Assembly (NCBI GenBank): GCA_964362725.1
Contig: CAYIFO010000001.1
Location: forward strand, 1-36,012
Direction of reading: 5' to 3'
Origin: an uncultured Candidatus Saccharibacteria bacterium
Lineage (GTDB): Bacteria; Patescibacteriota; Minisyncoccia; Phycocordibacterales; PALSA-1337
Length of the DNA: 36,012 nucleotides
Shown piece after piece: positions 32,230 to 36,012 of the stretch (positions are counted from its first letter, which is position 1; each line of letters opens with the position of its first letter). The notes under the pieces were generated by a model, which was given only the letters and a program-made list of their open reading frames with translations, was not told where the DNA came from and made no database searches. The translations under genes and the position numbers were made by a program.

Positions 32230-33396
32230 ATGACAAAACGGATGTTTCTCCTATTTCATGGCCGGTTTCCGGGAGAAAAAGCCGCCTCGCTTTTTACGGC
32301 CAAGAACGCCGAAGCTTTCGCCAAAGCCGGGCTCCAAGTCAAAGTTTTGGTGCCGAGACGAAAAGATGTCGAGCCCCAGACAGCTTTCGATTATTATGCG
32401 ATTTCCAAGAATTTTGAAATTGTGGAATTGCCGACTACCGACTTCTTTGCTCTGAAAATCCCCAAGCGCTTGGCTTTTCTTGTGAGCTTTATCGCATTTT
32501 CTCTGGCTTGTTTTTATTATCTGCGCCGACAATCACCTGATAAGGATGATCTTGCCTATTCAAACGAATCTTTACCTCTTTGGGCGGCTTCTTTTGCCGG
32601 TCTCAGTACTTTTTATGAAATGCATGATTTTCCCGAAAGCAAGCTCGGTCTCTTCGGATTGTTACTTAAAAGGTTTGATTGGATTTTGATTCATAACCGC
32701 TGGAAAGTCCAAGAATTCAAGAAGATTTTTCCCAAAATTAAAGCTAAGATTTTGTGCGAGCCCAATGCTGTCGATATAAAAGAATTTGATATCCAGATTT
32801 CGAAAGAAGAAGCACGAGATCGGTTGGGTCTTGATGCTGGTAATCGCGGCAAACAAATAGCCGTCTACACAGGCCATCTTTTTGGTTGGAAAGGTGTCGA
32901 TACGTTGGCTAAAGCAGCTGAAATTTTGGGCAACGATTGTTTGGTCATTTTTGTAGGCGGAACGGAAAAAGATGTTATTGCATTCAAGAAAAAATACGGA
33001 CAAGTTCCAAATATCCTGATAGTCGGTCACAAGCTACACAAAGAGATTCCGATCTGGCAAAAGGCGGCTGATGTTTTGATCTTGCCCAATACGGCCAAGG
33101 AGGCAATTTCTACCTTTTACACCTCGCCAATGAAACTCTACGAATACATGGCCAGCCGAAGGCCGATAGTGGCTTCGGATATCCCTTCGGTTCGAGAGAT
33201 TGTTGATGAAACTTGCGCTGTCCTAGTCAAGCCGGATGAGCCAGAGGTACTTGCTATTGCCATTAGATCCGTGTTAGAGAGGTCGGACCTCTCTAACACA
33301 AAACTGATCGATATGGCGATGTCGCGAGCTCATTTGCGGACTTGGGACAGAAGAGCAGATAATATTATTGCTTTTATGAAAAACAATGCTCAATAA
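32230..33396 (+). CDS. Glycosyltransferase family 4
   Basis: GHLFGWKGVDTL and SPMKLYEYMASRRPIVASDIPSVREIV. The start was trimmed to ATG 32230. Confidence 0.75.
   Translation: MTKRMFLLFHGRFPGEKAASLFTAKNAEAFAKAGLQVKVLVPRRKDVEPQTAFDYYAISKNFEIVELPTTDFFALKIPKRLAFLVSFIAFSLACFYYLRRQSPDKDDLAYSNESLPLWAASFAGLSTFYEMHDFPESKLGLFGLLLKRFDWILIHNRWKVQEFKKIFPKIKAKILCEPNAVDIKEFDIQISKEEARDRLGLDAGNRGKQIAVYTGHLFGWKGVDTLAKAAEILGNDCLVIFVGGTEKDVIAFKKKYGQVPNILIVGHKLHKEIPIWQKAADVLILPNTAKEAISTFYTSPMKLYEYMASRRPIVASDIPSVREIVDETCAVLVKPDEPEVLAIAIRSVLERSDLSNTKLIDMAMSRAHLRTWDRRADNIIAFMKNNAQ
33271..33299. repeat. 29-nt perfect palindrome inside a CDS
   Basis: GTGTTAGAGAGGTC-G-GACCTCTCTAACAC, encoding VLERSDLSNT. Its 15-nt core is identical to 28280-28294. 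Confidence 0.9.
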
Positions 33397-34783
33397 TCAA
33401 AAATTTAACACTTTTTGTCTCAATCACCGCTTGGAAATCAGTATTTTTCTTTTGGCTTTGGTTGTACGAATCGCACTTTTCGCTATCAATTTCCAGGCGG
33501 CTGGCTCTGATTTGTTGACTGCTATCCATGGTGACGATGGCTATTATGAAATCAGTCAAGGTTTGCTTTCAGGCCATGGTTTTACTGGTTCGGTCGAGGA
33601 ACCTTTTAGTCCCAATCCTTTGAGGCCACCGCTCTGGCCGGCTATGATCGCCGGATTAGTTTATATCTTTGGTTCATATTGGGCTGTGGCGATTTTTGAA
33701 CTGATTATTGCCAGTCTAGTTTCGGTTTTGGGCATGAAAATAGCTTCTGGTCTTTTTGATCGAAAACGATTGACTGTTCTGGTTGGCATATTTTTGGCTA
33801 TCGAACCGTATGGTGTTTTCCTATCGACCAATATGTATTCGGAAACGATATTCACTTTTCTTTTTCTGGCATTTTTTGTCTTTGTGATCAGGTATTGTAA
33901 GAATGCCAGTTTACGAAACGCTGCCTGGATGGCGATGTTTTTGGGACTTTCTATTTTGGCCAAGGCCACGGTCCAATATTTTCCATTTATCATTCCATTC
34001 TTCATGTTGTACATTGGCAGGAATAATCTGACGAAAAGTGTTTGGCGGAATATCTTTGTTTTCGTCCTGATTATTTTGGCTCTCCTCGGACCATGGCTTT
34101 ACCGCAATTATCGCGAATTTGGAGTTTGGGGGATGAGTGCCCAACCGGCTTTCAATCTTTTTGTTTACTTGGTACCGACGGCTTTGTCGATCGACAATGG
34201 TACCAATTTTGCCGTGGAGCTGGATAATTTTGTCTATAAAAAGGGTATTGATGTCAATTCGATCAACTTATCTAATTCTGATTATTATTCCAGCCAAGCT
34301 CTGACCGTCCTTCAAGATCACAAGCTGGCTCTGGTCAAATCGTTTGGAACGACTATGGTGACATTTTTCACCCATGATGGAATGTTATCGGTCCTGGCCC
34401 ATACTGGTGTAACTTTTCCCAATAATTTGAGTCAGCCAGCTCTTTCTCTGCTTCTCAATGATCCCGGCAAACTGGTTGATATAATTGCCGGTTATATTGC
34501 CTCGCCGGCTGTCCTCATCCTTGTTATTCGATTGGTCTGGATCTGCATCACATCCCTCTTCTTTATCGGGATTTGGAAAGCTTGGTCAAAAAAGGAAATC
34601 AATTTGCCGGCTTTAACGGCTCTTCTTATCATTCTTTATTTTGCTTTGACTACAACTATAAACGGTCTGGGGGTCAATGCTAGGTTCAGAACGCCAGTAA
34701 ATATTTTTATTTTTTCCTTTGCTCTTTATGGATTGTTTAGCTTTGGGTTTGTTAGAAAATTGAAAAGGAATCAGGAGCAATAA
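33386..34783 (+). CDS. GT-C fold membrane glycosyltransferase (ArnT/PMT, GT39/GT83-like)
   Basis: 465 aa with 10 or more TM helices. An early extracytoplasmic-loop DD motif (HGDDGYYE) is typical of GT-C enzymes. Confidence 0.55.
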   Translation: MLNNQKFNTFCLNHRLEISIFLLALVVRIALFAINFQAAGSDLLTAIHGDDGYYEISQGLLSGHGFTGSVEEPFSPNPLRPPLWPAMIAGLVYIFGSYWAVAIFELIIASLVSVLGMKIASGLFDRKRLTVLVGIFLAIEPYGVFLSTNMYSETIFTFLFLAFFVFVIRYCKNASLRNAAWMAMFLGLSILAKATVQYFPFIIPFFMLYIGRNNLTKSVWRNIFVFVLIILALLGPWLYRNYREFGVWGMSAQPAFNLFVYLVPTALSIDNGTNFAVELDNFVYKKGIDVNSINLSNSDYYSSQALTVLQDHKLALVKSFGTTMVTFFTHDGMLSVLAHTGVTFPNNLSQPALSLLLNDPGKLVDIIAGYIASPAVLILVIRLVWICITSLFFIGIWKAWSKKEINLPALTALLIILYFALTTTINGLGVNARFRTPVNIFIFSFALYGLFSFGFVRKLKRNQEQ

Positions 34784-34915
34784 CTCAGATTGGTAAGTAA
34801 TGTCTTTTTCGAGGCACGGAAAATTTTCTGCAGAAAATTTCCCTAATCCTCGGCGATTTTTGTGCTCAAAAATCGCCTGCGGAGCCTCTAAAAAAACATT
34901 ACTTACCAATCTGAG
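34784..34915. repeat. Palindromic element C, the un-nested relative of element A
   Basis: 20-bp perfect arms at 34784-34803 and 34896-34915, extendable to about 36 bp with 2 mismatches. The core is 54/55 and 25/25 identical to element A. It starts immediately after stop codon TAA 34781-34783. Confidence 0.88.
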
Positions 34916-34932
34916 TGCGCAAGCTTTTCTTT

Positions 34933-35874
34933 TTAAAAATGAACCATCGAGCAGTACTTATTTTGAAAATAGCCGTTTTTGTCTTTGTAATACTCCCAAT
35001 CCATTTTTTCGCTTTTCATGACAATATGCGGGATATTGCCGAACCAAGAGGCTAGGTGGCCGAAGCTGGAATCGGAGCCGATGATAGTATCTGTTTTCGA
35101 AAGAAGAAACAAATCGACAACGGCATGTTCTTTTGAAATCATGATGTTTAGTCCTTCGAACAATTCTTTTTCGATCGAACCATCAGACATTATGAGAAAT
35201 AAAATTTCTTGAATCTTCAAGCCTTTGTTTGCTATGTATTCATCGATTATGGTCCTGATTCTTTTTTGTTCAATGAAATATTTTCCGCCTTTCCAAGTCT
35301 TGTAATCGCCTTGACGAATATGGAGACCAATCACCTTTTGATACTTCTGCCTGATCTTGGACATAATCCCGTTCATTTTTTCCGCAAGCTGTGAATTGGG
35401 AGTGAAAACTTTGAGAAGAGTGGTCCGGTATTTTTCCAAACCGAGGGGGTTGCGGAAAAGCCAGCCGGCCATATAAACATCGTTGTGTGAGAATAAGTCG
35501 CTTCTGCCTGACTTGAAATCATTTGACTGCACGGTTGGGGGCAGATAGGTGACCTTATTGGAAAGATTTTCTGTGGAAAGAATTTTTTTTCTTTTGGTAA
35601 GTTCGACTGACCGAGTATACAGGGAATATAAGGCTCGCCAAAGTTTTTTCCAAATATTTTGCTTGCGACCGCGGTAGTTCGTAAACATTTTTGCCATGAG
35701 CCTAACCGCGAGGCCTTCATCTTTGAGGAAATTGAACAGACCATGGTATTCGTAAAATGACGGGTTTCTGAGTCGGACTTTTTCCTCCAGACTCCAGGCA
35801 TATATACTCATATAATTCCAGAGCTGATTGGCCAGCTCGCCCCCGCCGTGTTTGAAAATGATGATCTTTTTCAT
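34933..35874 (-). CDS. GT11-like glycosyltransferase (alpha-1,2-fucosyltransferase-like)
   Basis: GGGELANQLWNY parallels GGLGNQ.FQY. HIRQGDY parallels HVRRGDY. IIGSDSSFGHLASWF parallels the NSTFSWWAAW region. Confidence 0.5.
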   Translation of the reverse strand: MKKIIIFKHGGGELANQLWNYMSIYAWSLEEKVRLRNPSFYEYHGLFNFLKDEGLAVRLMAKMFTNYRGRKQNIWKKLWRALYSLYTRSVELTKRKKILSTENLSNKVTYLPPTVQSNDFKSGRSDLFSHNDVYMAGWLFRNPLGLEKYRTTLLKVFTPNSQLAEKMNGIMSKIRQKYQKVIGLHIRQGDYKTWKGGKYFIEQKRIRTIIDEYIANKGLKIQEILFLIMSDGSIEKELFEGLNIMISKEHAVVDLFLLSKTDTIIGSDSSFGHLASWFGNIPHIVMKSEKMDWEYYKDKNGYFQNKYCSMVHF

Positions 35875-35875
35875 T

Positions 35876-36012
35876 TTATTTGGCTAGAATAAAGATCCGG
35901 CCATCTGGTTCTTTATTGATAATCCTCATCTTGTAGCCGAGGGTCGTAAGTAAAAGTGGAACATCAAGCATATTTTGGGGAGAATGGATCTCGATCAAGA
36001 GCAGGGGATGAT
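35876..36012 (-). CDS. 3' end of an upstream gene, partial and of unknown function
   Basis: The open frame runs to the window edge and translates to ...HPLLLIEIHSPQNMLDVPLLLTTLGYKMRIINKEPDGRIFILAK. Stop codon TAA is at 35876-35878, 1 nt before ATG 35874 of the next gene. Confidence 0.4.
   Translation of the reverse strand, partial: HPLLLIEIHSPQNMLDVPLLLTTLGYKMRIINKEPDGRIFILAK

Noticed and set aside
14122-34915. CRISPR array interpretation of the repeated elements
   Set aside because: The repeats are individually palindromic, are dispersed 20 kb apart as single units, and have no regular repeat-spacer periodicity. No cas genes are present.
34800-35021. 73-aa ORF, and the 90-aa ORF at 16514..16786
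   Set aside because: Both lie mostly inside palindromic elements C and B. The similarity of the corresponding stretch in element A is at the nucleotide level, including non-coding arms, so it does not indicate protein conservation.

Overview
The window starts inside the 3' end of a 16S rRNA gene. After a structured trailer and terminator come tRNA-Leu(CAG) and tRNA-Ile(GAU), with no 23S rRNA in the window. About 40 densely packed protein genes follow. The gene content suggests a small-genome Candidate Phyla Radiation/Patescibacteria-like bacterium; that placement is inference, and no composition statistics were computed.

Main blocks:
- 0.7-5.8 kb: a secreted repeat-domain wall protein, a small lmo0937-type membrane protein missed by the ORF track, a DUF5671-like membrane protein, pyk and radC.
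- 5.9-7.4 kb: an insulated orphan gene with its own consensus promoter, structured leader and terminator.
- 7.4-17.3 kb: cell-envelope genes. murD is broken by one in-frame TGA. Also here are a fold-II PLP enzyme, a LysW-like zinc-ribbon protein, an Mpl/MurC-type ligase, a DUF218 protein, mraY translationally coupled to a Bpt/ATE-like aminoacyl-tRNA transferase, an ATP-grasp plus NlpC/P60-like pair, and rsmI.
- 18-21.7 kb: a DUF4015-like hydrolase, an unexplained roughly 400-nt structured non-coding unit, and a lone VirD4/TraD-like ATPase.
- 21.7-35.9 kb: a surface-glycan cluster with about 8 GT-B glycosyltransferases, GtrA, a GT2 + zinc-ribbon + methyltransferase fusion, an FkbM methyltransferase, a GT-C enzyme and a GT11-like enzyme.

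The most unusual signals are not protein families:
- The 16S tail lacks the CCUCC anti-Shine-Dalgarno sequence. Many first genes carry a -10-like hexamer only 5-10 nt upstream of ATG, which suggests leaderless expression.
- Several families of palindromic, multi-hairpin elements abut stop codons. One is nested inside another. One supplies the C-terminus and stop codon of rsmI. One is inserted in-frame (177 bp with a 7-bp duplication) into a glycosyltransferase gene.
- Perfect odd-length palindromes recur, including inside coding sequence.

No CRISPR array, integrase, transposase or recognisable defence gene was seen.
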